From NCBI GenBank assembly GCA_965198065.1, contig CBDAON010000004.1, positions 1,856,001 through 1,920,000 of the forward strand: DNA of 64,000 nt, in the 5' to 3' direction. A program made the translations under genes and the position numbers. Positions 27,071 through 37,387 of the stretch are shown here, piece after piece. The stretch's first letter is position 1. Each line of letters opens with the position of its first letter. The notes under the pieces were generated by a model, which was not told where the DNA came from, searched no databases, and saw only the letters and a program-made list of their open reading frames with translations. The stretch comes from Longimicrobiales bacterium. GTDB taxonomy: Bacteria > Gemmatimonadota > Gemmatimonadetes > Longimicrobiales > Gaopeijiaceae.

Positions 27071-28207
27071 ATGCGCCTCGTTTCGTCCATCTCGGTCCTC
27101 CTGGGTCTACTGACTGCAGCACCGCTGGCGGCCCAGTCGCCCGGGGACGTCCTACGCGGCGATTTCCCGCAGCTCGCGGCCCTCTTCGACGCGTTCGATG
27201 TCACGCACGGGGCCCTGTTCGAACGGCTCGCCGAGATCACAGCCTCGCCCGCCTCCCAGGACGGTCAGGACCAGCTCCGAGAGATGCTCATGATGCAGGC
27301 GAACATGACTATGGAGCAGATGATGGTAATGGGAGCGGGAGACATGGACATGCCCGGAATGGCGATGGGCCCCTTCGGCGAGCTCGAGATGGGCGCCCTG
27401 ATGCAGCTGACTGAGCATACTCGCGCCGAGCACACGGCGTCCGCGGCCGACAACGCGTTCTCGAACAGCGAGCCGTTGACCCCCCGCACAGCCGCGGTGA
27501 TCCAGCGTGGTCGTGACTTCGAGGCCCGCATCTACGACATCTACGCCGACAATGGGATCACCGACAAGAACGCGGCCGTGGACGCAGCCGTCGCCGACTA
27601 CCTGAGCGAGCCCGATCTCGCGGTCCCCTCCTGGGCCAAGAGTCCCTCGATCCTCTACGGTCACCCCTTCGCCTCGGCCTTCCAAACGGGATATCCCAGC
27701 CTGAGTGGGTTGATCTGGGCCTCTCAGTGGCTTCAGCTCGCGGCCCTCGAGCCGCTGATGCTGGGAGGCAGTGGGAGTACGGTGGCGGCGGGAGTCGAGA
27801 CGACCATCGAACGGTTCTGGAGCAAGGTCGACGGAATGCAAGGGATGTCGATGCTTCCGACCGAGTTTCCGGCGGCTCCGGCGATTTCTCCCGTGCTCTA
27901 TACTCGCCACCCCGAGGCCGCGATCATCATCGACAACCTGAACCATCTCGAGACGGTGATCGCGGATGTCCTCGTGGATCCCGATGTGCAGGATCGCAGT
28001 GGCTCAATCGACGGGGCCGTCGCGGAGTACACGGACCCAGAGTCGAACCTCGCCGCAGACCAGATGGAGTACGTCCTCTCAGCCCTTCGGAATGGAATCT
28101 TCAACCAGGGTGGGCCCGCTCTCGGCGAGCTGGACGATTCCGAGAGGAACCGGTCCAGAATGCAGATGGAGATGAGAGGCCACATGGTCATGCCCGGGAT
28201 GAACTGA
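27071..28207 (+). CDS. Secreted Met-rich hypothetical protein; start may be 27026-27071
   Basis: Signal peptide MRLVSSISVLLG..LAAQ; Met clusters EMLMMQANMTMEQMMVMGAGDMDMPGMAM and MQMEMRGHMVMPGMN. Confidence 0.75.
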   Translation: MRLVSSISVLLGLLTAAPLAAQSPGDVLRGDFPQLAALFDAFDVTHGALFERLAEITASPASQDGQDQLREMLMMQANMTMEQMMVMGAGDMDMPGMAMGPFGELEMGALMQLTEHTRAEHTASAADNAFSNSEPLTPRTAAVIQRGRDFEARIYDIYADNGITDKNAAVDAAVADYLSEPDLAVPSWAKSPSILYGHPFASAFQTGYPSLSGLIWASQWLQLAALEPLMLGGSGSTVAAGVETTIERFWSKVDGMQGMSMLPTEFPAAPAISPVLYTRHPEAAIIIDNLNHLETVIADVLVDPDVQDRSGSIDGAVAEYTDPESNLAADQMEYVLSALRNGIFNQGGPALGELDDSERNRSRMQMEMRGHMVMPGMN

Positions 28208-28370
28208 CCGGGTCACCTCTCGATTGAACAGTAGAGGTTGAGCGGCTGCTTCATTCGACGGCTCCTCAGAGCTCCCGCTTCCCGTCGCCGGCCAGCGGGC
28301 CGCCGCCAAAGCCCTGACAGAGTGGCTCGACCGTGCCGCCCTTTCAGTCGCCGAATGGGCTCCGGCCCGG

Positions 28371-31150
28371 TCAGGGGTTCAGCCAGTAGTTCACCTTGAT
28401 CATGAAGATGTTGTCGGGCGCGACCTGGAACATGTCGCCCGCGTCTCGGCCAAGGTCGAACGTCCCCGCCCACGGCTGACCTCCCGAGGTTCCTGGGCCG
28501 TTGACCGAGTTGATCCTCCGCTGCTGCCACACGAAGAACAAAGTGGACCCCGGCCTCCACTCCCACCGAAGCACCGCGTTCCCCACCAGGCTGCGGTAGC
28601 TGAAATCTCGGTTCGACACCAGAAACGCCTCGGCAGGTCCATTGCCGTCGGGGTCGACCTCGTAGCCCCCTTCTTCTCCAGACCCCACGGCACCTACGTC
28701 TTCCCCGTACTCGATAAATTCGAAGGTGTTCGGTGCCCTGAGCTCCTTCAGGGCACCATAGTCGCCGGTCGATACGAACGGCTCCAGATAGAGCTGCAGC
28801 GAGAGAGTTGGCGAGAACGTCAGGTTCACCCGGGTCTCGAGGGACAGCCTGTTCCGGTCGATCCCCGCGAATACGTACCGGGTGCCGTACGTAGCCGCCG
28901 CCAGCGGATCGTCCACTCGAATAATGTATTGGGCGGCGGTGCGGGACCAGGAGTACGAAGGGGAAACGTCAATCTGAAGCGTCTCTTCGAACCGGGCCCC
29001 CAGGTTCACCTGGACGTTTTGGGTCCACCCCCCTCCGTCGTCCGAGCCCCATCCATACGTGGCTCTGGCCACGACCGCCCGTCGGGTATCCGAGTTCAGG
29101 TTGAACGACCCGGACCACCCGCCCGGAGTGCGGGCCATGGGACCCCCTCTCGTCAGACGATCATCCCTCGATCGGGCCGTGTAGACGACGCGGGCAGAGG
29201 TGCCCCAGTAGTTCAGAAACTCGACCCGTCCGATCCCGTTGACATTCGCGAAGAGCCGGTCGCCCGCGAGGTTCCAGATCCCGTTCCCCCCACCCAGAAT
29301 CGCGCTCCACGACCTCAGGTACCGCCCCGGGTTCGGCTGCGTGTACTGGTAGTGCGTGTCCAGGAGCACGCGGTCCGCGTTCGAATGGAACCCGAGCTCG
29401 TTCACATCGTATCCGGGGCTCACGACGGCTACGCCGTTCCGCATCGTGAAGTTTCCGGCCTGTTTGCCGAAGTACGCCATGGCGTAGTATCCGCTGAGGG
29501 ACGTCGCGGTTGGGTCGACCTCCACGTGCTCCGCGTTCGGCCTCTGGTAGTACCGGCTGGACGCCTCCTGGAGTCGAGTGATCGCGGCCGATTCTCCCCT
29601 CACCAAGCTTCCGGAGAGCAGGCTAGTGAAGAGCCAGACGCGGTCCTCGGACTCGCGCGCGAAATCGACTCCCGTCGCGTACGCCGCGGAGGGGAGCTGA
29701 CCGGCCAGTATCGTTCCGGACGGGTCACGGTTCACGGCCGTGGCGATCATGCCGAATCGAGTTCGTCCCCCCCGGATCTGTCGGCGCACACGCGCAACGA
29801 AGAAATTGGTAGGGGGCTCGACCGTCAGCTCGCGAGCCACGCCGTCGCCCTCCATGTACGACGCGCTCTCCTTCGCCGTCACCGCCTCCAGAATTCCGAT
29901 GGACCAGCCGTCTCCGACTCTCCCCGTCACCTTGGCGGCGGCCGCGATGGTGGTGGCGGTCGGCACGTCCGCGAAGGCCGCGTCGGAAGGGGGGGAGCCC
30001 CTGGGCGGCCTCCCGATTCGACGGGAATACACGAGGTCGGGCCCCGTGCCGGCGCTTCCTCGGGGACCTTGCTCACCGAAGGTGAAGATGTCCGCACCCT
30101 CGACGAAAAACGGCCTTCGCTCGCTATACCTCGTCTCGAACGCCGTGAGATTGATCACCGACGGGTCCACCTCCACCTGGCCGAAGTCGGGGTTGAACGC
30201 CGCATCCAACGTCACGTTGGAGCTGATCCGGTACTTGAGGTCCAGGCCCATGTCGGCGAAGTGGTCCGACCCGCTCCGGTAGGGGTTTCCGAAGTCGACG
30301 CCGGAGGGGCCCTCGAGCTGCAAGTACTCCCCTCGGGCCGCCACGTAGGGGAGGAGCTCGAGTCTCTGCCCGGGCTCGATCCCCTGGATCCCGTCGAGGT
30401 GGGCGAAGCGGGATACTCCCGCTCGCTCCAACACGGGTGTGAAGGGAAACGTCGCGTTCTCCTGGTTTCTATAGATGTTTCGCTCGATCTGGATCCCCCA
30501 CACCTGCTGCTCCTGGGGACTAAAGCGAAGCTGGCTGAACGGTATCCGCATCTCGACCGTCCAACCGGTCGGGGTGAGCTCCGCGGCCAGGTCCCAGACC
30601 GGCTCCCACGAGGCGTCGCCGCTTCCGGTACCGTTCCCCGTTACGATCGCGTCGCCCTTCACGCCGGAGGGTTGGTCCAGAACCGGTAGGCCGTCTCGTG
30701 ATCGTGATAGCTGTCGAGCAGGACGATGAATACGTCCGAGTCACCCAGACCCGCGTCCCTACGTGCGAGACGGGTCGTTACCGGATTCCGGTCATCCAGG
30801 ACCGCTCCGACGTAGATCGCGTCGTCGTCGTATCCGAGGCGAACCTCGGTACCCTCCGACACCGCGGAACCCTCGAAGGGGAGGGTCTGAACGAAGTCCG
30901 TGATGGGTGGGGCTTCTGACCAAACCTGCTCATCGAGCACCCCGTCAATCGAGATCGACCCGTCAAAGCGGATTGCTCGCGCTCGCCGCGCCAACGCGTG
31001 GTCGTAGTCCGCTTCGGAAGCTTGCGCGCTCACACCCATCTGTCCATCCACGACGTCTTGCGCGTGGAGGTTCGGCGGATGTAGCGCGAGGAGGGTAGCG
31101 ATCGAGAGCAGGCCGAGCCTCGACGGCGGCGCCGGTAGCAGAGGGTTCAT
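28371..31150 (-). pseudogene. DUF5916 / CBM9-like domain outer-membrane protein, paralog A; one frameshift near 30670
   Basis: IDGVLDEQVW, DSYHDHETAYRFWTNP | SGVKGD, EMRIPFSQLRF, NPDFGQVEVDP, LRWEWRPGST, KVNYWLNP; the break may be a sequencing error. Confidence 0.8.
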
Positions 31151-31317
31151 TAGAAACGGGGCAGGGGTAGCGAATCTCAGAGAAGCCGCAAAGCTCTGTG
31201 GATCCTGTCGATAGAGCAAGGATTGGTTGGTCGGCGCCGCTGGCCGAGCCCAGGGTCCCGACCTAACATGTGGCTCGTGCGCGTTCGCGCGGGTGATAAG
31301 GTCGCGTAGGAGGAGCC

Positions 31318-32355
31318 ATGAAAGCTATGGGGCGTCAGTGGCCGAGGGCGGTTGCGGGGTGGCTCGCGATCGCCGCCCTGGCGGCGTGCGGTGCCGAGAG
31401 CGGTGATGAAGAGGCAGTGCGGACGACGACGTACCCGACGATGACGACCGTGGAGGAGTACCGTCGCGCTATGGAGGAGCTCTCGAACTGGGGCCGCTGG
31501 GGCGAGGACGACGAGCTCGGAGCTTCGAACCTCATCACCCCGGAGAAGCGTCGTGCTGCGGCCACCCTCGTAACCGAAGGACGGAGCGTCTCGCTAGCGC
31601 ACGACGTCGTGCAGGAGGAAGCGATCGACGGGGGCACGGTTCTGGATCGACAGGTGCTTCGGGTGAGCGCGACCGGCGCCTCCGACCAGTATCAGTACAC
31701 GGGAAGCTATCACGGAACGATCCACAGCCATCTCGACGCCGTCGACTGCCACATCATGTTCGAGGGGCAGGGCTACAACGGGGTGTCAGCGGAGGAGATC
31801 GAGGCGGCCGACGGGTGTCCACGCGGCAGCATCAACGCGCTCAAAGACGGCATCGTCACGCGGGGCATCCTTTTCGACGCGACGCTGCTGCCGGGCAAGG
31901 CCACCGCCGAGGGGTGGCTGGAGCCCGGGACCCCAATCCACGCCGCCGACTTGATCGCGTTGGAGGAGATCGAGGGCGTGAGGGCCGAGCCGGGAGACGT
32001 GATCCTGCTCTACACTGGGCGTTGGGCGAGGCGCGCCGCGCTGGGGCCGTGGCCGACATCGGAGGGCGTGGCGGGATACCATGCCGACGTCGCGTACTTC
32101 TTAAAGGAGCGAGGCGTCTCCTTCATCGGACACGACATGTGGAACGACGTCTCCCCGCACGCCGACAAGGAGCGGCTCCCGCTCCACCGGCTCGCGCTCG
32201 TGTCGCTCGGCGTGGGGATCTTCGACAACCTCGACTTCGAGCACGTAGCCCAGGTGGCCAGGGAGTTGGGTCGTTACGAGTTCCTCTTCACGGCCGCGCC
32301 CCTCAGAATCGAGATGGGGATGGGGTCTCCGCTCAACCCGATCGCGACGTTCTGA
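31318..32355 (+). CDS. Cyclase-family (kynurenine formamidase-like) metal hydrolase, lipoprotein
   Basis: Lipobox LAAC; NWGRWGEDDELGASN, HGTIHSHLDA, GDVILLYTG, GSPLNPIATF. Confidence 0.88.
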   Translation: MKAMGRQWPRAVAGWLAIAALAACGAESGDEEAVRTTTYPTMTTVEEYRRAMEELSNWGRWGEDDELGASNLITPEKRRAAATLVTEGRSVSLAHDVVQEEAIDGGTVLDRQVLRVSATGASDQYQYTGSYHGTIHSHLDAVDCHIMFEGQGYNGVSAEEIEAADGCPRGSINALKDGIVTRGILFDATLLPGKATAEGWLEPGTPIHAADLIALEEIEGVRAEPGDVILLYTGRWARRAALGPWPTSEGVAGYHADVAYFLKERGVSFIGHDMWNDVSPHADKERLPLHRLALVSLGVGIFDNLDFEHVAQVARELGRYEFLFTAAPLRIEMGMGSPLNPIATF

Positions 32356-32388
32356 GGGGGGGGAGACAAGCCCCCTCCTCCCTTTCTC
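32354..32388. terminator. Hairpin between the cyclase stop and tRNA fragment 2
   Basis: gagggggggg-agacaag-ccccctcctc followed by cctttct. Confidence 0.5.
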
Positions 32389-32389
32389 A

Positions 32390-32432
32390 CGCGCCCGACA
32401 GGATTCGAACCTGTGACCTTCGGCTCGGGAGG
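32390..32432 (-). repeat. tRNA-Arg(CCG) 3'-half fragment, copy 2
   Basis: 37-nt core cgcgcccgacaggattcgaacctgtgaccttcggctc identical to copies 1 and 3; one mismatch in the anticodon loop. Confidence 0.9.
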
Positions 32433-32932
32433 ACGCGAAGCCGTATCAAGCTGCGACAGGGGCCGCCTACCGCCTAGGTTTTGGCCCTAACCCGCCGGCT
32501 GGCGCTTGCCGACGCTCGCCCACGCTGGCACAACTTCCGCACAATGCCCGCGCGCGCACGATGGTTCCCGTCGGTGCGTCTGCACCCTGATTCTCGTGGG
32601 CGCGCGCTACGTTCTGGCTTGGTAGGTGGGGGGCGACGTGCGGGCCCCCACGTCAACACCCGAGAGTGGGGCAGGAAACGTGGAGCTCGTCTGAAAAGGG
32701 TCAGCAAGCGAGTCGGGGGCCCCTCCTTCCGCGAGGCGAGGCATCCGGAGACGACAGTTGTCGTCGCGAGTGCCGGCGCGGAACAACCGGCTCGCACGAA
32801 GAGTGGGCTGCGTGCTCGACTTCGTTCGTACGAGAAGCCCCGAGGGTCACCTCTTGTCCGGGACCCCCCCGCTGGAGACCTTTGTCCACTCGATACCGCA
32901 CACACGCGCCGCTTCCGATCGAGCCCGCTTTC

Positions 32933-35825
32933 ATGACGTCACCGACCCTCCGCATGAGCCGGGACATACGGTTGTCGCTCGGTTTCCCCCTCGCCGTTTC
33001 CCTGGCTGCCGCCCTGGGAGTCTCGCTGGCCGTGCCCGCCGGCTTGGCGGCCCAGGATGTCCCGGGGACCGGGGCGGACCAGGACACAGTGAGTGACACC
33101 CAGGACGGCCAGGCGGGAGGCGGTGCCGGGGACGCGGTTGTCGCCGGCGTTTCCACCGAGGACTACAACCACGCCGAGGCGCCCCGGGCCATCGGAGTGC
33201 GGCTCGAGGGTGGGAGCATCTCCCTGGACGGGATCCTCGACGAGGCTGCGTGGACCAACGCACCGCCCATCACCGACTTCATCCAGATCGTGCCCTTCGA
33301 AGGCCGGCCCGGATCCGAGCGGACCGAGGTCCGGATCCTGTACGATGACGAGGCCATCTACGTGGGGGCGGACCTGGGCGATTCGCAGCCTGTCTCGACC
33401 CAGCTCGTGCGGCGGGACGGTGGGCTCTCTGCGTCGGACGCTTTCGAGATCCTCTTCGATAGCTATCACGAGCACGAGACGGCGTATCGCTTCGGCACCA
33501 ACCCGTCGGCGATCCGAAGCGATGCCGTCATCTCGAGCGGGGGCGGAGGCTTCGGCGGCAGGGGCGGGGGCGGGGGGGACTCGTCATGGGATCCGGTCTG
33601 GGACGTGGCCACCGAGATCACAGACCGGGGGTGGAGCCTGGAGATGCGGATCCCGTTCAGCCAGCTCCGCTTCCAGCCCACCGTGGAGCAGACGTGGGGG
33701 ATCCAGGTGGAGAGGACCATCCAGCGGAACCAGGAGAGGGTCCTCTACCCCTTCGTCCCGTCCCTGGAGCGGGGCGGCATCTCCCGGTACGGGCACCTGG
33801 ACGGGCTCGGCGACCTGGAGACGGGCAGGCGCCTGGAGCTCCTCCCCTACCTGACGGCCCGGGGCGAGTACCTCCAGCTCTCCGATCCAGACGGGGTCGG
33901 GTTCGACAACCCGTACCGGAGCGGCTCCGACCTCTTTGGCGATGTGGGGCTCGACTTCAAGTACCGGCTGGGCATGAATCTGACCCTGGACGCCACGGTG
34001 AACCCCGACTTCGGTCAGGTCGAGGTGGATCCGTCGGTCATCAACCTCACGGCCTTCGAGACCCGCTATCAGGAGCGGCGCCCCTTCTTCGTGGAGGGCG
34101 CGGACATCTTCCAGTTCGGGGAGGGCGGCCCCAGGGGAAGCGTCGGGAACCCGCCCGCCCTTCTCTACTCCCGGCGCATCGGGCGGCCCCCCCATGGATC
34201 GGCTCCCTCCCATGCCGTCTTCGAGGACGCTCCCGGGAGCACAACGATCTATCAGGCCGGAAAGATCTCGGGCCGGGTGGGAGAGGGCTGGTCCCTGGGT
34301 CTGCTGGAGGCCGTGACCGCCGAAGAGACGGCGGCCTATGTGGACGACGGACGGCAATCCGGGCGAGGTGGCCGGGAGCCCCTTTCCAGCTACGTGGCGG
34401 GGCGCCTCCGGAAGCTCGTCGGCGAGGGCGACACGCGCTTTGGCCTCATCGCCTCTGCCGTGAACCGGAGCCTCTCGGACACGCCGCTCGTCGATCGGCT
34501 GCACGAGTCGGCGTACACGGGCGGCATCGACTTCGCGCACGAGTGGGGCAACCGGGAGTGGCGGCTGAGCGGCGTCCTCGAGGGCAGCCGGGTGCAGGGC
34601 AGCGCCGAGGCCATCGCCCGGACCCAGCGCACCTCGTCCCGCTACTACCACCGGCCCGACGCGGACCATCTGGAGCTGGACCCCACGGCCACGACCCTGA
34701 CGGGCTATTATGCCTTCGTGGAATGGATGCGGCAGGCGGGCACGTTCTCGCCCCGGGTCGTGCTGGCGGCTGTCAGCCCGGGCCACGAGGTCAACGACCT
34801 TGGATTCCAATCCGAGGCCGACCGGATCATCTTCGACACCCACTTCCAGTACAACCAGCCCCTGCCGGGCGACTTTCTCCGGTCCTGGAGCATCGGCGGC
34901 GGACCCGATGCGAAGTGGAACTACGACGGCCGGCGCGTCTTCACCAACTTCAATGCCAGCTCGAACTTCCAGTACCTGAAAACTACTGGAGCACGTCGCT
35001 TCGTCTAGAGCACGAGCCACGCTATTACGACGACCGCCTGACCCGGGGCGGCCCCATGGCCGAAAGGCCTCCTAGCTACGTCGCCAACTTCAGCATCCGG
35101 TCCGACAGCCGTCTGAACACGAGGTACAGCGCGTCGGTGAACTGGAGCGGCGACGAGGCCGGATCGTGGGGCTTGAATTACGGGCTCAGCCTCGACACCC
35201 AGCCCCGGGAAAGCCTGAGCATCAGCGTCGGGCCCGGCCTCCGTACCTCGTACGAGGAGGCCCAGTATGTGACCAGTGTGGAGGACCCCACGGCCACCGC
35301 CCCTACGGTCGCCGCTACGTCTTCGCCGGGCTGAACCGGACCACGCTTTTCTTCGACACGCGGGTCAACGTCACCTTCACCCCGGACCTCTCGCTCCAGC
35401 TCTGTCTGGAGCAGCCGTTCATCTCCATCGGGGATTACGGCCAGCTACGGGAGTTTGCCGAGCCGGACAGCTACGACTTCTTCGACTACGGCGGCGAGGC
35501 CGGCACGCTGGAGCGGAACGACGACGGTTCCTACCAGGTGGACCCCGACGGCGCGGGGCCGGCCGCCGACTTCCGCTTCTCCAACCGGGACTTCAACTAC
35601 CGAAGCCTCATCGGCAACGCGGTGCTCCGCTGGGAGTGGCGCCCCGGTTCCACCCTCTACCTGGTGTGGCAGCAGCGGCGGATCGACTCGGTCACGGGCG
35701 CCGATGACACCGGGAATTACGGGTGGGTCGGCGACTTCGACCTGTCGCGAGACACCCAGGACATGTTCTCCACCAAGCCAGACAACGTCTTCGCCATCAA
35801 GGTGAACTACTGGCTGAATCCGTAG
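32933..35825 (+). pseudogene. DUF5916 / CBM9-like domain protein, paralog B; frameshifts near 34980 and 35300, probable compensating pair near 34345-34378
   Basis: Same motifs as paralog A spread over three frames (..NFQYL | NYWSTSLRL..EDPTATA | YGRRYVFAG..KVNYWLNP). Confidence 0.8.
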
Positions 35826-35874
35826 GCCTGCTCCCCCTTCGGCCTAAGCCGTTGGGGGCCTTGTTCTTACTTCG

Positions 35875-35923
35875 TAGCGCGCCCGACAGGATTCGAACCT
35901 GTGACCTTCGGCTCCGGAGGCCG
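35875..35923 (-). repeat. tRNA-Arg(CCG) 3'-half fragment, copy 3 (longest; includes anticodon stem-loop CGGC-CTCCGGA-GCCG)
   Basis: 45 nt identical to copy 1; upstream sequence forms no D-arm or acceptor 5' strand. Confidence 0.9.
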
Positions 35924-36117
35924 CGGACGAGCGTCAGCCCGCGTCAGGCGATCGGAGAACGTCCAGCAACGGCGCCATTTCTCGTTTCGGACCTTTCGGG
36001 TTGCGTTCGCCAGCGTCAGGGGGGTTTGTCACCGCTATTGTCACCGCGGAGCTTCTGAGGAAGCGAGACATCAAAGGATCGGGATCCGGGTCTGGAGAAG
36101 CCGCGGGGGGGCCTGGG

Positions 36118-36592
36118 TCATGGCATCCACTTTTGGGGGAAGGGCCACGGCTTCACATCACCGGCCCCACCCCTCTTTAGGCGGCGCTTGTGCTCTGGGG
36201 CCATGCAGAGGCGGGCCATGAACGGAGCGGTGTGTCGCTTGGCGAACTGCTCCAGCTTGTGTCGTGACCGCACGACGTTCTCTGCGAGCGCCTTGTGGGA
36301 GTGTCTCCCAACGCAAAAGAACACCGCCGCTTCAGTATCAATGATAGCACGTACTTCGATCTCTTTCTTGCGAATTCCCGTTCTTCGTCAGACCAACCCA
36401 ACCGTTATCCGTGAGAGCAGAGAGCCACTCCTCATCCGGGGTACGGGCGCCAAAGCGTGGCTCGAACGGTACGACTTCCAGTCCGCCTCTACGAAGGATT
36501 CGGATGAACTCACAACTCTCCTTAGGCCCCAGGTCCCGATCGACAAGGTACGTGAGCGGCTCAGGCGGCTTCGAGGCGCCACGCTTCGTCAT
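36118..36592 (-). pseudogene. PIN-domain toxin (VapC45-like), frameshift near 36377
   Basis: YLVDRDLG, PDEEWL..GWVGLTKN | IRKKEIEVRAIIDTEAAVFF. Confidence 0.72.
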
Positions 36593-37056
36593 ACTCGGGT
36601 GCCGTCAGGCCGTAATCCTCGATGACGTGCCCGCGGGTCTCTCCGGCATCTACCCGGGAGATGATGGCAGACGTCCGGATTCCCGTCCTCGCTATAACGG
36701 GTCGCCCAAACGAAATCGTGGGATTCACAAGGACGAGCTTCGGGCCCTTCGGGCGCTCGCCTATCACGGGGTAGAATGCCGCCGAAAGCTTGTCGGGGCC
36801 GTACTCGATGCGCTTTCAGGTACTGTGCGAGTATCTCTCTTATGTACAGCTGACGGCTCCTGGAAAGAGGCATCAGTTGTCCAAGCGTGTCCAGAAAGAA
36901 TCCGCGGCCGTCGTGCCGGAAGTCCTGATGCAAGAACGGGCGGGCGATGCCGTAATCGCTTTGGGCCACCTCCAGAATACGAGCGGCCTGGGCGTACGAG
37001 TACGCCCCAAGGTCTCGAATGTCCGTTGCCGATCGCGGTGCCGTCATCCGAGCCAC
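36561..37056 (-). pseudogene. DUF433 antitoxin (VapB45-like), frameshift near 36815 and apparent internal deletion
   Basis: AYSYAQAARIL start of an HTH, ..QYLK | RIEYGPD.., NPTISFGRPVIARTGIRT..AGE..IEDYGLT. Confidence 0.75.
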
Positions 37057-37296
37057 CTAACCTATGATGCGGAGATCCTTCTTCTGTGCTTCCTTGTAGG
37101 TCTTCCGGACAGATTCGTTGAACTGCATGTCTAGGTAATCCGCCACCGCATCCCGAATCAGCCCTACCAGGGGGGGGTTCCCCGGAAGGTGATCGTGCAA
37201 GAAGTCGAGTCTCCGCTTCTGATCTGGGTAAAGGAGGGCCGAAACCTTCACCGTGTCCTTCTGCTTCGGCCTACCTCGGCGCTTTGCTTTTGCCAT
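37057..37296 (-). CDS. Small basic protein, ribbon-helix-helix-like
   Basis: MAKAKRRGRPKQKDTVKVSALLYPDQKRRLDFL..LIRDAVADYL; abuts the DUF433 gene. Confidence 0.6.
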   Translation of the reverse strand: MAKAKRRGRPKQKDTVKVSALLYPDQKRRLDFLHDHLPGNPPLVGLIRDAVADYLDMQFNESVRKTYKEAQKKDLRIIG

Positions 37297-37387
37297 TCCA
37301 TTTCTTTGTATTTTATTGCGTAATAATATGTAATCGTCCGGAAGAAACCACAAGTTACTCGCTGAGCGAACGTCGGTCCTCCCCGAG

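Noticed and set aside
32433..32930. Integrase or ncRNA in the 500-bp gap beside tRNA copy 2
   Set aside because: No tyrosine- or serine-recombinase motifs recognisable in the listed ORFs, and no RNA family I can identify.
34975..34990. Programmed ribosomal frameshifting in DUF5916 paralog B
   Set aside because: Multiple unrelated breaks in this and neighbouring genes, and the paralog is continuous at this site; error or decay is more parsimonious.
35875..35950. Intact tRNA-Arg gene at copy 3
   Set aside because: Sequence 5' of the anticodon stem has no D-arm and no GCGCCCG acceptor strand, so it is only a fragment.
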